A stretch of 63,211 nt of DNA, the filler included, from Diploschistes diacapsis (taxonomy: Eukaryota), in the NCBI GenBank assembly GCA_023645945.1. It is 9 parts of 9 records of this genome, joined end to end, with 100 filler letters (N's around TTAATTAATTAA, not from the genome) between each part and the next. Parts side by side here need not be neighbours in the genome. Positions count along the whole stretch, not along the records: positions 24,373 to 26,370 come from JALAIB010002449.1; positions 26,471 to 50,653 come from JALAIB010000245.1; 7 more parts are not named here. The stretch is one strand, 5' to 3'. This document shows positions 24,373 to 38,400 of this stretch, in pieces (position 1 is the stretch's first letter; each line of letters starts with the position of its first letter). The notes below the pieces were generated by a model. It searched no databases and was not told the origin of the DNA. It was given only the letters and a program-made list of their open reading frames with translations. A program made the position numbers and the translations under genes.

Positions 24373-26370
24373 GTACATAATCTTGCGTTAACGACGGATA
24401 AAAGAATTTATTATAAAAAAATAAGATAAAGACCCGATTTCGTTTATATAAATTTTTCGACGAATTATCGAGCCGATAATATTAAAAGAAAAAAATAATA
24501 TTACGATTCCGATAACTAACCTATCACGTCTTAATTATTTATTAAAGAACTCACTAACGTTCGTATTATATAAACTATTAAAGCGAACGACGTCGCTTTA
24601 TACGCTCAAGAATAATAGACAGCGCTCCTTTTATTTCGTGAAAACCACCGTTGGCGCTTGCTACGTTTCTTAAGAGTAAAGGAAGCTGGCACTAATGCTT
24701 TATTAAGGGCTTCGGTATATAATTTTCGTATTAAAACTATTTATATTTTATACATTTATTTTTATAAATATCTTTAGTTATTATTCGAGATCAATTTATA
24801 TTCGTTATCTTATATTTAGATAGTGTATTCTTTTAGAGATTAATATAAGATCTATTATAAACACAAGGCGCGCTGTCTAGGGAGACTTCCCTTGCTGTAA
24901 TAGGTAGGTAGTCGTAGGTGGTGTAGTAGGTGAATGTAGTGTGATCTCGTAGTCAACAGCATACCCAAGTAGGACATTTGTGAAGTATAGGATGCATTTT
25001 TTTGTCTAGAGCTACCTAGCAGGCTTCCTTAAATAGAACTGTCTTATAAGGATCATCCTTATCAAGTTTACGGTTTACTTTTATGTTTATATACGACCTT
25101 CCTTTTAATAATTCGCTGTTTTATAACGAACTTCATACAAGTCTTATTAATAAGAAATCTCCATCTTTTTATTTTTATACCTTCTAAATAATCGAAATAC
25201 CTAGAAGCTTATTATCTTTAATACTTCTTTCTCGACGTAACTATACTTCTAAACGTAATAATATTCTTAAATCTATTCCTCTGTATTCCATTCTCTTGAA
25301 CACGATAGGATAGAAAGACGGTAATTATCTAAAGATATCCTTAACTTTTATCATATTTATATTATCCGTAAATACCTTTTAAAAAATATTTTTATCTTTT
25401 GTAATATTTTTACTATCCGTTAATATTTCTTTAAATAGATATAACCAGCAGTACGTCCGTCTTTCTTATTTCTTTCCCATCTCTTCTCCCGTCTCGTCAC
25501 CATTAGTAAGGAGTTAACTACAGATAAGCAAACAAAAGAATAAGCAAGAAAATCTATCATAAAATCGAGCAAGTAATAAAGTATAAGGCAAGTATGTCAA
25601 CATATAGAAAAGTAAGCACGCAAGCAAAAAAACACCTAATAGACAGGCAAGAAAGCAAGCTTATTAAAAAGCCAGCAGACAATCGAACAGCCATATAAAC
25701 AAACAGACTCTACCTTATTATAATTATAGGCCCCTAAGATCTCTTAATACCCATTCTTCTCATCATGCTGCCCATTTATTTCCGCTTTCTTCCTCTTTCT
25801 TCTCCTTAGATTCCATATCTTTTAAGTTGAGGTCCAGATTATTCTCTACCTCTTCATCCTTTTCTTCTTCTTCCCCCTCCTCCTTCTCGTCCGGAGGAGG
25901 CGTAAACCTCCTTATTTCCCAATAATTTACTTCTTTTCTTATTAATGTCCCAAAGAAGCTCTTTTTAATAGGATTATATAGCTCCTATTCGGCTGACCGA
26001 ATTGCAAAAAAATGCTACTTTAGCGCTAAGATTATCTTTGCGATCCATTCTCGGAAGTAAACATCTTTAATTTCGGGTCGGAAAATCTTTATTTATTCTA
26101 GTATAATAACAGGATCCGTTTATTTTCTCTTTCCTATTAACGCGTCCGAGATTATCTTAAACCCGATAACCTAAATTATTACTTTAAAGAAATACGGTAC
26201 GCTTTTATATATATTATAAAATCCGGATAACGACGAGAATCTAAATATAAGATCTTTATACGTAATAGATAACTATTTCTACGTATTAGTACCGATAATG
26301 TTCAAGATTTGGTAATCCGTTTATACTTTTACGTATTATAATAATATTGTTCTACGGACATGTTTAATAG
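24373..26370. mobile_element. RIP-degraded transposon debris, including a fragment related to LTR family A (~24720-24860)
   Basis: Very AT-rich with TpA excess and no ORFs. ataaatatcttt..ttattcgagatcaatttatattcgttat matches 62835-62880. Confidence 0.75.
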
Positions 26371-26470
26371 NNNNNNNNNNNNNNNNNNNNNNNNNNNNNN
26401 NNNNNNNNNNNNNNTTAATTAATTAANNNNNNNNNNNNNNNNNNNNNNNNNNNNNNNNNNNNNNNNNNNN
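26371..26470. other. Artificial contig linker
   Basis: 44N-TTAATTAATTAA-44N. Confidence 0.98.
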
Positions 26471-27274
26471 CTCCCGCTCCTCCTCCTCCTCTTCCGCAGC
26501 GGCACCTCCCCCCTCCACACATCCAGGCTGGCCACGCCGCGCAGGCCGCGCGGGACCGGGCCCAGCAGCGCCTCGCCGGGCTGGTGCGTGCGCTCGACCC
26601 GGAAGCCGGCGTAGTAGGGCTGGCGCGCCAGGTACAGCGGGTGGCTGAGCCCGGACGGCCGCATCGTCAGCGTGCAGGGACGGCCAGGCGCGTCGTCGTC
26701 GTCGTCGGCGGACGCCGTACGTACGTCGTCGCGCTCGGCAGGGTCGTCGGAGCCCGGCCCGTACGTGAAGCTCACGGTGCGCGCGCATGTCGCGCGGCTC
26801 GCGGCGTCCCGGCTGCGGTACAGCGCCAGCACGGTGTTGGGCGCCGGCGGGGATTCGTACTGCGTTTTTGCTTTCTGTTAGATGAGCTGGGATTGTTTGG
26901 GGAGGAGGGGGGTCCGCTGGGTCTGGTGTGCTTGTGCAGGGGGGTTGTTGTTGTTGTTGTTGTTGTTGTTGTTACAATTGGGTGCTCGGTACGGGAGGCG
27001 CAATCGCCGCGCCCCGGTAACTGGAGTGAAGCATGGGAAAGACGAGTAACGGCACGATGTCGTGAATGGTGGTTGATTGGATGGGATGATATACCTTCAG
27101 GTGCTTGAACACGGAGATTTCCCCATAGCGCCGGAGCACGTGCAGGATCTGCTGGCTCTCGGCGAGGCTGCGAGGGCGCGGTTTGACCTTGACGTGCACG
27201 GTACGGCCGAGCAGGGCTTTGGCGGCGGCGGACGTGGTTGCTGTTGATGAGGAGAAGGTTGTTTGGCGGTTCAT
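26471..27274 (-). CDS. Conserved fungal hypothetical protein, 3' end truncated by the contig edge
   Basis: Exon 1 MNRQ...RTVHVKVKPRPRSLAESQQILHVLRRYGEISVFKHLK; intron 26860-27094; exon 2 YESPPAPNTVLALYRS...QPYYAGF... runs into the gap. GC-rich coding codon bias. Confidence 0.75.
26944..26973. repeat. (GTT)10 microsatellite within an intron
   Basis: Perfect trinucleotide run. Confidence 0.95.
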
Positions 27275-27643
27275 TGGATGATGATGCAAGAGAGAGAATG
27301 TAAGAAGCTAGATGGATGCGGTGTGACGGTGTTTAACTGGACGTGTGAACGGGGGACCAGCGGTGTTGGCCGAAATTGCACATGGGCACTTGTACTATAG
27401 GACTGAGTATGCAGAGTTTGACATGACTCTAGATGCAATATTCATTAAATCGTAACTTCTAGGAGTCTACACTCAAGTCTGTCTCTTTAACTTCTGGGAG
27501 TGCTCCCATCCAATTATGCCTGTCCTGAAACTGGTCCACTAGGCTCGGAGAAGTCCCCCGCCCGGAGAAGTCCCCACCCGGATTTTGATGGCACCGAAGA
27601 CGGACAACTACCGAAATTGCGAAAACAGCGCCAAATCAATCTA

Positions 27644-28312
27644 CTATCTTCCCGACGGTTTTAATCTCGCTTTTGCAGATTTTTGCACCGCGTAGCTCCT
27701 CCTCCTCCCCGAGCTGACAGATCCCGAAACGGGGCGGTCGCTGCCGCCGGGCCTATCCGAGATGGACAGTGTCTTGAAGGCCTCTGCTTCGTCTTCATCG
27801 CTGGAGGAGTCTGTAAAGCTCGACTTCAGGTCCTGCATCGGCGCGGATGTCGGTGGGGCAATATATCCCTGACTGGTCGAAGACGGATGCCGGCTGCTGC
27901 CAGAGCGGGCCTCGTCGTTGATGAACCTCTCGACATAGTTTCTGATGCTTGCGGCGTTCCTCGGATCGCACTGCAGACGGACGGCAGATTGGCGTCGTTG
28001 TCTCACGCCGTCGAAAAACTCTCGTGCCGTGCTCCTCCTTCGGTCAAGGCCCAGCAGCCTGCTTGAGATTGGCGTGGCGGGGTAGGTTGACGATGAATAG
28101 ACATCATGGTCAAGAGCGGGCAGCGGTTCGTAAGAATGCGAAAGATCCATGAGCGAGTGGTATGGAGAGTGCATCGATGAGGAGGTCGAGAATGGCGATA
28201 CCTCTCTTGAGGAGCGGGGTGAGATATCGTGGGTAGGCTCAATCTCGTGGATGACATTGTGCTGGAAACTGTGCGCTGGCCTCGAAAATGAGAAGTCCTC
28301 GAAGAGGTCCAT
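27644..28312 (-). CDS. Ser-rich hypothetical protein with an RxQRQ...RLQC motif
   Basis: MDLFEDFSFS...VRQRRQSAVRLQCDPRNAASIRNYVERFI; single exon. Alternative upstream ATG at 28375. Confidence 0.7.
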   Translation of the reverse strand: MDLFEDFSFSRPAHSFQHNVIHEIEPTHDISPRSSREVSPFSTSSSMHSPYHSLMDLSHSYEPLPALDHDVYSSSTYPATPISSRLLGLDRRRSTAREFFDGVRQRRQSAVRLQCDPRNAASIRNYVERFINDEARSGSSRHPSSTSQGYIAPPTSAPMQDLKSSFTDSSSDEDEAEAFKTLSISDRPGGSDRPVSGSVSSGRRRSYAVQKSAKARLKPSGR

Positions 28313-29813
28313 TGCTTCAGTATCGAGGGTGTGATGATTGCTTTGAGTGCACTGAACCTGAGTATTAACCTTCATGGCGGGCTCTAACCTTTAAACAAAA
28401 GTTGTTGAGCTGGCCCTAAGATTACCGCCGGCATTGGGCTCAATAAGATGCTTCTGGGTCCGTAAGGCGGATTTGCGCAAGCCAATCACTATGCATTCCA
28501 GACAGCTGGACGAGTTCGGGTTCGAGGCGGCCTCCGACGGGAATTGAGATTTAGAATTTCGAATTAGAATATCGAATTAGAATTCAGCTGCGCTCATTCC
28601 CATGTCGCCATGTGGCCTGACTGGGGCAGCCTTCTAGAATCTCTCGGATTAAGATTCGTCCCGGAGATTCGGAGATTCGCTGCTTCCAGCCAAGCAAGCC
28701 GGGTTTTCCCGCTTTCGGCTCGATATATTTTTATTTTTATTTTTACTCCCGCATGTACCCGAACAAACACACGGATTTACCATCTTCCGTCCATCCATCT
28801 ATCCGAATGCCCTCACCGCTCCTCAAGCCCCACGTTGAGCTATTAGCGCTAACCTGCCATTTCATATTACTCTGTACTAATTATCGTGACATGATTGTTC
28901 TGCGCTAACGGTCGAAACCGATGGGGGGCTATACTTTTCTATCTGCCAAGTTGCCACCTCGAACTTGAAGCAATAACCAGCTGTTGGAGAGCGGAAACTT
29001 AGTACTTACTATCCTCAACACGTTTTTTTGTTTTTCTTATTCCTGAAGCTGTTGTCTCAATGATCTGCCCTACCAGCCTTAGCATTCACCGCTTTAAAGT
29101 ATTTAGTCATGCACGTTATGCACATGCATCCGTCTGCAAGGCGTTCTCTTGTACGTATCCCCGATCCCAATGCCAACAATCTTGCTATCGCATCCATTTC
29201 CTCATGGATGAGTAAACTGCGGACGACACCTCACTTGCACTGCACCTCACCGGATACATTCTGTACATCGGGAAGAACATATTCATACAATGCTCGTCAA
29301 TATTTATTGTTGGCACAAATGAATCGGTATCGTTCTCACTTTGACTTTTGCAAGGTGTATTCCCCATGTTTCATACAGTGCGCTGTTTGGGATATATTTG
29401 CAATATCAGAATTACCACCCGTTTAGTTGCAAACTGGAACCATGATCAAAGCGGTTGAGCTCGAGTTGAAGGGACAGCGATTTGCCAGTGCGAAATGAAA
29501 AAAAAAATAACTATTTTGAACACAGCTCTCGCAACGGTAGCCACATTTGCTCTAGTGCACCTGTCTCGCATCTCGCACTCGTTCACCCGATCTTTATACA
29601 GAAATGCAACCTAGCGGTAATACCTGATGTTGTACATTATCCACACGGCTGAGTCTGTGAATCAGTTCAGTATACAAGCTGAGAACGACTACGAAGGTTC
29701 TCAATTGACTATATAGCGCAACATGCCGTCCCCAATATGCTTTACATTCGCACCGCGTCTTTTCCTCTTTTCTGCGCAGAGAGCGGACCAGAACTCTCGC
29801 CAATTGTCAAATT

Positions 29814-31400
29814 ATGACTTCTCTTATCGACGAAACATTCGGCTCAACCTGCTACGTGCCGGCAAGCCTGAACGAATGTCAGTTAACCCATGCTTTGTAC
29901 GAACATAGCTGGGTGGGTCTTTGCTGATGTTGGACAGACACCACTGAACCGGTTGTTGGAAAACTCACCTTCTACCACCTCAATGTCATCCTCTCAGGAA
30001 CCGCAACCGCCCTCGCTAGTGCCATCGCTTTCGCGCTCATTTTCCTCCATGGCACCCATCTCAGCAACCCGGCACAGCAGCTCAAGATCATCCGGATCAC
30101 CATGTTCATCCCCGTTTACTCGCTGTACTCGTTCCTGTGCGTCGTCTTCGCGTCCAAGCAGGTTTCTCTCACACCATGGCAACAGCTTGTCGAGGCATTC
30201 GCAATGGGCAACTTCTTTCTGCTGTTGCTCGAACTGATTTCGCCCCATGAGGATCAACGCAGTCTGTTCTTTGCCGGCATCGACCTTCCCGGGCTCGCAG
30301 ATACCTTCAGCATGGGAAAAAAGAAGAAGCCTAAGACGGCGAAACCGAAGAAGGCCACCGACGTTCTTGCGTGGTACCGCAGAAAGTGGATCGCGGTCTG
30401 GCAGTTTGTCCTCGTCTCCATTATGGTGGGAATCGTCACCGATGTCACCGAGGCCTTGGGCAAATTCTGCGACTCCTCCTACAACCCCAAGTTTGCACAT
30501 GTCTGGATGGTGGTCGTGCAGAATGTCAGCGAGGCCGTTGCCATTACGACCATCATCCTTACCTTCATGGCCACAAGGAAGCAGCTTGCTTCGCATCGCC
30601 CGCTCGCGAAGCTTGGCGCTTTCAAGGGCATCATCTTTGTTACCTTCTCCACCGGCATTCTATTCACCATCCTCCAGAGCACCGGAGCGATGAAACCCAA
30701 TAAATATCTCAACTACGCCGACATCAAGGTCGGCATCCCCACACTGACCATCGTCCTTTTAATGGTTCCCTTCTCCATCTTCTTCCACTATGCCTACGCC
30801 TACAAATTCTACGTCATCGGCGCTTCCCACTCGCTCGAGTCCGGCAAGATCGACATACCGGGCTACCGGGCCAGCTACCAGGGAGGCTTCCTGGGCCTCA
30901 ACGCTTACCTAGCCGCGCTGAATCCTCTCGAGACCATCTCCGCCATCGTCTTCTCATTCAAGCTCTACAATCCAGCCAGCAAGGACTACGTGCGCCGCCG
31001 CATGGAGGGCCCCAACGGCGAGGCCTACGCCATCAACCCCAAGACCACTTCTCGCTCCAGCTCGAATCGGCCAGGCTTCGAGCCGCTCCGCCCCGCCGGT
31101 AACAGCGCCGATGACTACGACACGTCGTGCAACCAGCCAATGGGGGGCTACGTGCAACCCGGCGGCTACCACGCGGTGGCGAACTCGGGAGCCCAAGAGC
31201 AAGGTTCGCCGATGGGCTATGCCGGGTACAATGCCGCGCCAGGAAGGGACGTCGGCCCGCCGAGCAGAAGCCACGGCAGAAATCCAAGCAGGGAGCAGTT
31301 CTTCGCTCCGGGCGTAGACAGTGAGAGGAGGAGTCATAGCGTTGGGAGAGTGGGCGAGCCAGTGGCTTTTGGGCCGCTGAATGATCGGGAGAGGTATTGA
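29814..31400 (+). CDS. Organic solute transporter alpha / TMEM184 (DUF300) family membrane protein
   Basis: Exon 1 MTSLIDETFGSTCYVPASLNE; intron 29878-29937; then LHGTHLSNPAQQLKIIRITMFIPVYS, EAFAMGNFFLLL, HRPLAKLGAFKGIIF, FSIFFHYAY, YQGGFLG...ALNP. About 7 hydrophobic segments. Confidence 0.9.
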
Positions 31401-33922
31401 AGCTTGAGTCTTTGGGAGGGGCCGGAAAGACATGGCCCTGTTCCTGGAGCATATTGTTGAGATGTGAGTGGATAGATGTTGTGCCGAGAAGCACAGACTA
31501 CAAGTCCTGAAGTGGTATTCGGATTTCCACTGAGCGTGCTGGAGGCCTTTTGGCGAATTGTGGAGACTTCCTGTTTTCTTTTATTGTTGGCTTTTGTTAA
31601 TGCGAGCGATGGATGGTACGATCAGCATGGAGCGTTCCGTCCTGTTCATCATAGCGAAAATACATAAAAAATTGCATCAGTCACATCGCATCTTCCCGCA
31701 TCGGTCCTGTACTCTCTACCCCATGATCTGGGAGTTTTAATCTACGGATAGATAGATGCAAGCAAATTTATGGAGAATTTGAGGGTTTGAGTATATGTAG
31801 AGATTCCATATCTTTAGGATGAGAAGCTGTGGAGTGTGGTATACCCTTGTATAGCATTTTATTAACGTACAAGAAATGCTAATCATATGGCTCATCTATA
31901 GGATGGTAGGCATCTTGTTCGTCGAGGTACCTTACTATTATCCTCTTTACTTGATTGGAGTAATAGAAAAAAATACAACCATCACAACTGGCTGCATACT
32001 ATATAGCACAAGCTCAGCTGAAGCATCCCGGAATACTTCATCGTTCATCTCCTTTCTTCTTCTTGTGACCACGGAGCAACTTCCCTAGCGCGACAAAGTT
32101 CCCCACATTCGTTACCCCTGATACAATGAATCCCGAAGCTTTTCCACCCCCTTCTTCGTAATAACAACGCGCGATGCATTCCCTCCCCTTCTCTCCCCTC
32201 CCTCGTCATCCTCAACGAGTCATCTTCGCTTGTTCTTGCCAGTGCCGCTCTTTTCTGCGCACATTCCTCAAAGTCCCTATTGCTCCGCAACGGTCCCGAT
32301 CGTCTTTCGAAGCTCTATAGCAACAAGTAGTGATATCAAAAGCCGTCTTGATGTCGGGGGAGCCCGCGCAAACTTGGGATCCGAGTCATCTGCGCCACGT
32401 CAGCGACAAGTGGTGGAAGTAGACGCGAAGCGTTCCGGATCCGAAGCCATCGAGCTGGTTGTTGTCAGGGCCTTTGCTTGTGCTCGTTTGCACAACTCTC
32501 GCTTTTTCGCTCTCACGGTCGCATGTGTCTATTCATTCCATTGTTCGTCCGTGGTCAACGGCGAAAAAATGTATCCCAGGCCTGAGCTATTGAGCTATGT
32601 GCTTGGATTTCTAGGGGGGGGGCCGTCGCCAGGCCGTATGGGTCGGGGCTTAATGCCGGTTCTATGTGCTGCGAAGAATTCGCTCATGTCTTGGCCAAGT
32701 AGCAGAGCCGCAGGCTGGAATGGGGACCTTGCGGAATAGGGGCATCCGGCGATACTATCGTCGGGGTTGTGCACAGCGTGGAGGTTTCGCACGTGCGCGC
32801 TTGCCTTCCTGGGTCTCTTAGCAAGAAAAGGCGCCTAGAACTTCCCAAGGCATTGCGACTGTGTGCTATTATGGGCTGGAAGTTGCCCGGCGTATGCTAG
32901 GTTTCTGTAAGCTTGATTGACTGGTAGGATTTTTTTGAGTGCTGAACTTTCGCTTCGATGAATACTGTAAAATCCTGAATCGGACTGGTAGGGTTTACGT
33001 GTCTGTTATTGAGGTTCTGACAGGGAGTTGTTGGGTCAATTCCCTCATAATTGCCGTATCGGGTAGTATAGTGTAATTAACTCGTTCATCTTCCTCAACT
33101 TCCGTTTTCTCTTCATCATCTTTTGGGTGGCTTATAGTATTACGGCATGCTCCCGAGGCCCGTTTGTAGCTCGACCCGTGGGTCGCAGCTTCTCTGGGTA
33201 TAGAGGCTCGGGGCACTCCCAAAAGTTTATATACCTTATTGGTGAACATGTAAGTCGAAAAACCTAGCTGCCTTTACCACTTGTTCTCATCGCTGGTATT
33301 GCCCCTCTAGGTCCCCACGTTACGCTACTACGCGGGTTTGATAATTCGGCAAGAGTACTTCTATGGGCAACAAAGCTCGGCCCCTAAGCTGACTTTGCGC
33401 GATATACCTGACCCAAGGACCGAATATACATCCATCTCGGTAACTGTTGCTGGCTGGCGCCGCATCTATCTCCACTCTGGACTTTGAATCTGCCAGCTCG
33501 AAACTTGCTTGTTTCAGATCTCCTGAGGAGCGTTTTGGGAACATCCAACCGACAACTCTCGCCGCTCTCAAGCTTTCGCAGCAGTACTCGCAAGAAACTT
33601 AAGAATCATCTTTGGATGTAAGAACGAAGATTGAGAGTCCACATCAGTGCTTTCAAGGCTTTGCATTCGTTCTATCCCCTGGTAAGGTCCGACCTGACTT
33701 GGCGTGTATCACAAAAAGCTCACCTAGGCAGTCGGGCAAAACTGCGCCATGTACAAATTTGCCCCAGGATCGTTGAAGGCGGGTAGGAGGGATCATGCCA
33801 TCTTAGGACACAAATATCATCTATTGCAGTGAACTACGTGTTCCTTCAGTAGATTCGCTGAAAAGCCGGCCGTGATCAAGTGGAGCATTAAGGAACTAGA
33901 GACAGTTGATTTCTCAGAAACG

Positions 33923-35125
33923 TCACATTCCTTCCAAGGGCATTTCATCCTCAATCCAGAGATCCTTGATCACAAGTCCTCCATCTATCCCTTCAGCGTC
34001 CTCTTCTAGATCTGTAGGTCCCGACGCCACTATAAGTATAGAACGACCTTCAAAAAGTGAAGTCAGGTTAGCCTGTTGATATATTGATTCAAAACCTTTT
34101 GAACCCTGCTTATATAACGAAAACCTTTACTCACCATCGATCTGGGGATCCGAAGTTACCTTTACCATCGCATGAGTTACATCTTTCATTTGAGTAAACC
34201 GGTATTTGCTTGTGTCGAGGTCTTGGGGGTAGATGGGCGTATCGACATAATTCGGCGCAAGAAAGTTGACCCGAACCCCTATGGTTGAATGATCCTCCGC
34301 TCGCAGCGTCTTGAAGAGACCTCGGATTGCCGCCTTGGCCATACAATACTCTCCGACTCGGCGGATGGAACGATACGATAGCACAGACCCGGTAAAAAGA
34401 ATCGAACGATCTTCGGCAGCATGTCCCCTTCCAATGGGTAGGGGCATTTGGTCCTGGCTATTAGGTTTATCACCGCTACTGCTGGGACCCTGTCCATAGT
34501 TGGCGGTCTTCGCAGCAGCCGGCACACTTTGATTCAGAAAATGAAGTGCAAGGTAGGTCGTGTAGTAAGCAGCCAGCACCCCGACTCGAATGGCGGGTAG
34601 GCTGGGCTCCGGTGGGTCTGAGCCAATGACGCATGGATAGCCTTCATCGGACGGATACGACAATACGGTACCAAGCACGCCTGCATTGACAAGAACGTGT
34701 GCAAGACGTCCGGAAGGAATACTAGAAACGGCAGCTTTAAAGGCTGCTAGCTGCCCGGCATAGTCCGTGACGTCCGCAAGGGATGAGATTAATCCTGACG
34801 TCCCACGTTAGCATTTTGGAGACGAGCGCAGCAAGGATTGCGTTTAATGGAGCATGTGGAGCATATGTACGATTACTCTCTGCACTTACGCCAGACCTTG
34901 AGCAGTTTTAGCTCGTTCAAAAGCTTCACCAGCAATCGTATTCTTATCCAGACAAACAACAAATGCTCCGGTTTCCGCAAAAGCTATGGCTGACTTTGCG
35001 TCTATACCAGACACGCCACCAGTGATGAGAATGCCTTTCTTTGAGGTATAAACATCGAGAAGGGCATGGAAGTCTATTTGCTGAGCTTTGCTCCAATGAT
35101 TGAATCTAAGGATGTTCTCGGCCAT
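33923..35125 (-). pseudogene. Short-chain dehydrogenase/reductase pseudogene
   Basis: Rossmann motif ITGGVSGID (last Gly replaced by Asp), DVTD, NAGV, YCMAK, GVRVNFLAP. Introns 34795-34889 and 34048-34134. A +1 frameshift lies between INLIPC and DVTDY (~34775). Confidence 0.8.
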
Positions 35126-35481
35126 TTCCAACACTTTAGCTGGGTAACGGCACAACAAAAACCAAATGGACTTGGAGAAGGCTTAAAGAGAGCAGAGTTT
35201 ATCGAAAACAAGGTGGCGTTCATTGAAGGAAAGTGTTAGGCAGGGCCTTGGGGCCCCTTACGCCTTGTGCTTTGTCTCGGCGCTGGTCCACACCAACATA
35301 CTGCTCCGAACCTTCGCCGAACAAAAAGATTGGCTTAATGATAGCTATGCAGTTCATTCGCTACACGGTGAAGCCCAGGGAATAGGGACTATGCTACTTC
35401 TAGGCTAATTACTAGCTTGCTAAACAAAGCTAAGAACATCACCTATCTCTATAAAAGCAAGTTTTGCCTCGGATGCCTTCG

Positions 35482-38400
35482 TTATGTTATACACTTCGCA
35501 AACCTTTCCCACTGTACCTCTGTAGTGGTGGATCCTCGCAAGCTTGTTCTCTTTAATACCAGGTCACCAAGTTGCAGAAGATTTGTCTTGTTGCCCATGA
35601 TGTCAAATATCGATACATCGGCACGCAACTCTTTACTAATCCAGTAACGCATCCCTATAGCTAAAAGCGAATCAACAACGAAACCGTAAATAGGCTTCTG
35701 AGTCTCGACATCGTCAGTAGGAATCCCAAGTGACTTGGCGAGCTTCTGCTGAATAGCATTGACGACATGATCAGTCGCTTCAGTTGGGGAGGCAGCACTT
35801 TGAACGAGCAAAGCCCAGTCCTCGCCCTTGTGGCCACTTTTACTTGGCTCAACTGTCTGGGAATCCAAATCTCGAGAAAACGTATACTCTTTGGCGATAT
35901 GTCGGAACAACGGGCGGTGACCCCATGTCGTCCAGTCAGCTGTTTCATCTCCAGTTTTACCTCCTTGGAGTATTGTGCTCGGATACTCGATGCCTGAAAT
36001 TAACTGGGCCGAACTGTCGTGTGCTGCTGGACTGTGTAGATCACAAAGATAGTCCAAGATTGCATGAAGCTCAGCTTCACGGATGTCAGAATAACCCAAC
36101 TCTTTTATGGAGCCGATGCGATCCATGATTCCAGCAGCGAAGCCGATGCCTAGCACCAATCCGAGGTCTAACGAGACAGTGCCTCCGTCGAGATGAAGCA
36201 AGATGGGTTGCTAAAGCAACTTGAAATGTGTTTGCTGCCGCATAATTGCCTTGGCCGCGGGCACCAATGACCCCTCCTGACGACGATAGAAGGATGAAGA
36301 AGTCCAGGTCTAACGGAAGGTACCGGTCTAAATTTAGTGTGCCTTGTACCTTAGGCGCCAGCACAGCATGAAAATTCTCCACTGTCATGTTCTCGAGCAG
36401 GCTATCCTACGGATCATTAGCAGCATCACCCATATAAAGAATGTGAGATAGCTCACCTTGATTACCATGGCACTCTGGATGCAACCTTTGATCGGTGCCA
36501 TATTCTCAGCGCACTCCTTATGCACACATTCCAAGTGGCGCTCATTGGTAATGTCACAGCTTGGAGCGTGAATGCAGATACCTGAAGACTCCAATTTCTC
36601 CACAAACTCTCGAGACAACGGATTGGAAAGCCCCCCTCGACTCAATAGGATCAAACTTTTCGCTCCACCAGCCACCATCCAATTTACGATACTGCGACCA
36701 AGGCCTCCTAGCCCACCTGCAATGACATGGGTCTTGTTCCGCTCAAAGTAAGTTTTGCGATTTGGCGCGCTCAATGACCTTTATCTTGTCGTTCTTGTTG
36801 AATCCCGTGATCATCTTGCCCATGTTCTTTCCGCTTTGAAGACATCGAAAAGCTTCTTCAACCTTTGAAAAAGGAAATTATTTCAGTGGTTATGGAATAT
36901 TGATCTTTGAACTTGAAAAGAGTCTTATGGCATTGGCGAGAAGGTCACTGATCAACATAGACGACTCTTCAGTCAATGCTGAAATATCGATCGAAGTGTA
37001 GCTAATGTTTCGTGCAAATACCGACATCGATAAATGTTCAGAACTCTGTATGTCTGCCCTGGAAATATCCAAGAACCTTCCATTGGGAGCTAGAGATTGT
37101 AAAGATGGATGCAAGCCATCTCCACTGTAAGAATTCAGCACCAGATCCACTCCTTCCGGACATTGCTCGGATAGCCAAGGCATGAAGCTAGCGCCTCTTC
37201 CAATCCAGATATGAGCCGCAACGAGATCTGGGTAGAGTCTGAGTAGAAATTCTTTTTTCTCCGTTGAACTGACTGTTGTAAGGACTGTAGTCCCAGCAAG
37301 TAGAGCAAGCTGAATTGCAGCCTGGCCAACCCCGCCTGCACCCGAGTGGATAAAGACCTTTTCGCGGGTTTTCATGCGGCCCATATGGTGCAGCGCACAG
37401 TATGCAGTACAGTAGATAACAGGTGGAGACTCGCCATTTTCTAGCGAGACGTCAGGGGGTAATTTGGCTACCGTCCGAAAATTTGTGTGAACTCTATTAG
37501 TGAAGGCTCCAACTTTAAGAAAACAGACCCGATCGCCTATTTGATATCGCTCTCTGGGGACTAGAGACCCCCAAAGCAGAGACGACTCCTGATCCTTCTA
37601 GACCAATCGATGTTGCCGAGAACTGTGCCAGAGCCACCGCAATATCCTTAAAATTAATTCCGACGACGTGAACTTCGATTTCGATGTCCTCTTCGCGAAG
37701 GATATTTGTTTGTGAACTTCCAGCATCAAAACAGAGAGTATCCAATATTCCTGGCGAGTTGATTGTTAGCCGCAGGACTCGCTGGCTCACAACATCAAGC
37801 GGACGCGAAGTTGGAGGTTGAGGCAATAGACCGCGATAGGCTCTATCATTGATCCCTGGTGCCTCGAGTAAAACGACTGATCGTCATCATGCCATCCTTT
37901 TCTTGATACTCGCATTCAACGCTGCCGAACTCAACCTTGTTGGAGTAGATACTCGCGATCCTCTCAATAATGCTTGAAACAGTAGAATGAGGATCGAAGG
38001 TACAATCGATGAATGTTGGTTGTGGTATCTCAGACATCATCGATCGTCCCAAGCCAGTGACTAGCCCCAATTTAGGATTTTGTTCCCTTCCTCGTGTGAC
38101 CCAAACTATGCTATCGGCAGATTGAGCAACCGATTTGATGGTTTCGAAACGTTGCTTGGAGATAGTTGCAAGTAGTGAACGATTCGCTTCAACCAGAAAT
38201 ATCCAGAAGGCACGCTGTAATCGGTCTGGCAGCTTTTGATCTAGCGTATAAGTATTGCAGGACATCCGGAACTGCCTGTTGAATATCAAAGCCAGACCGT
38301 TGTAAAGCTTCGGCCCATGGTGAATCACTCAGAGGAGGACTTGACTTTCTTTCTGCTTCATGTGCTAAAGGATGATTAGACAAATGTACAAGAGGTTCAG

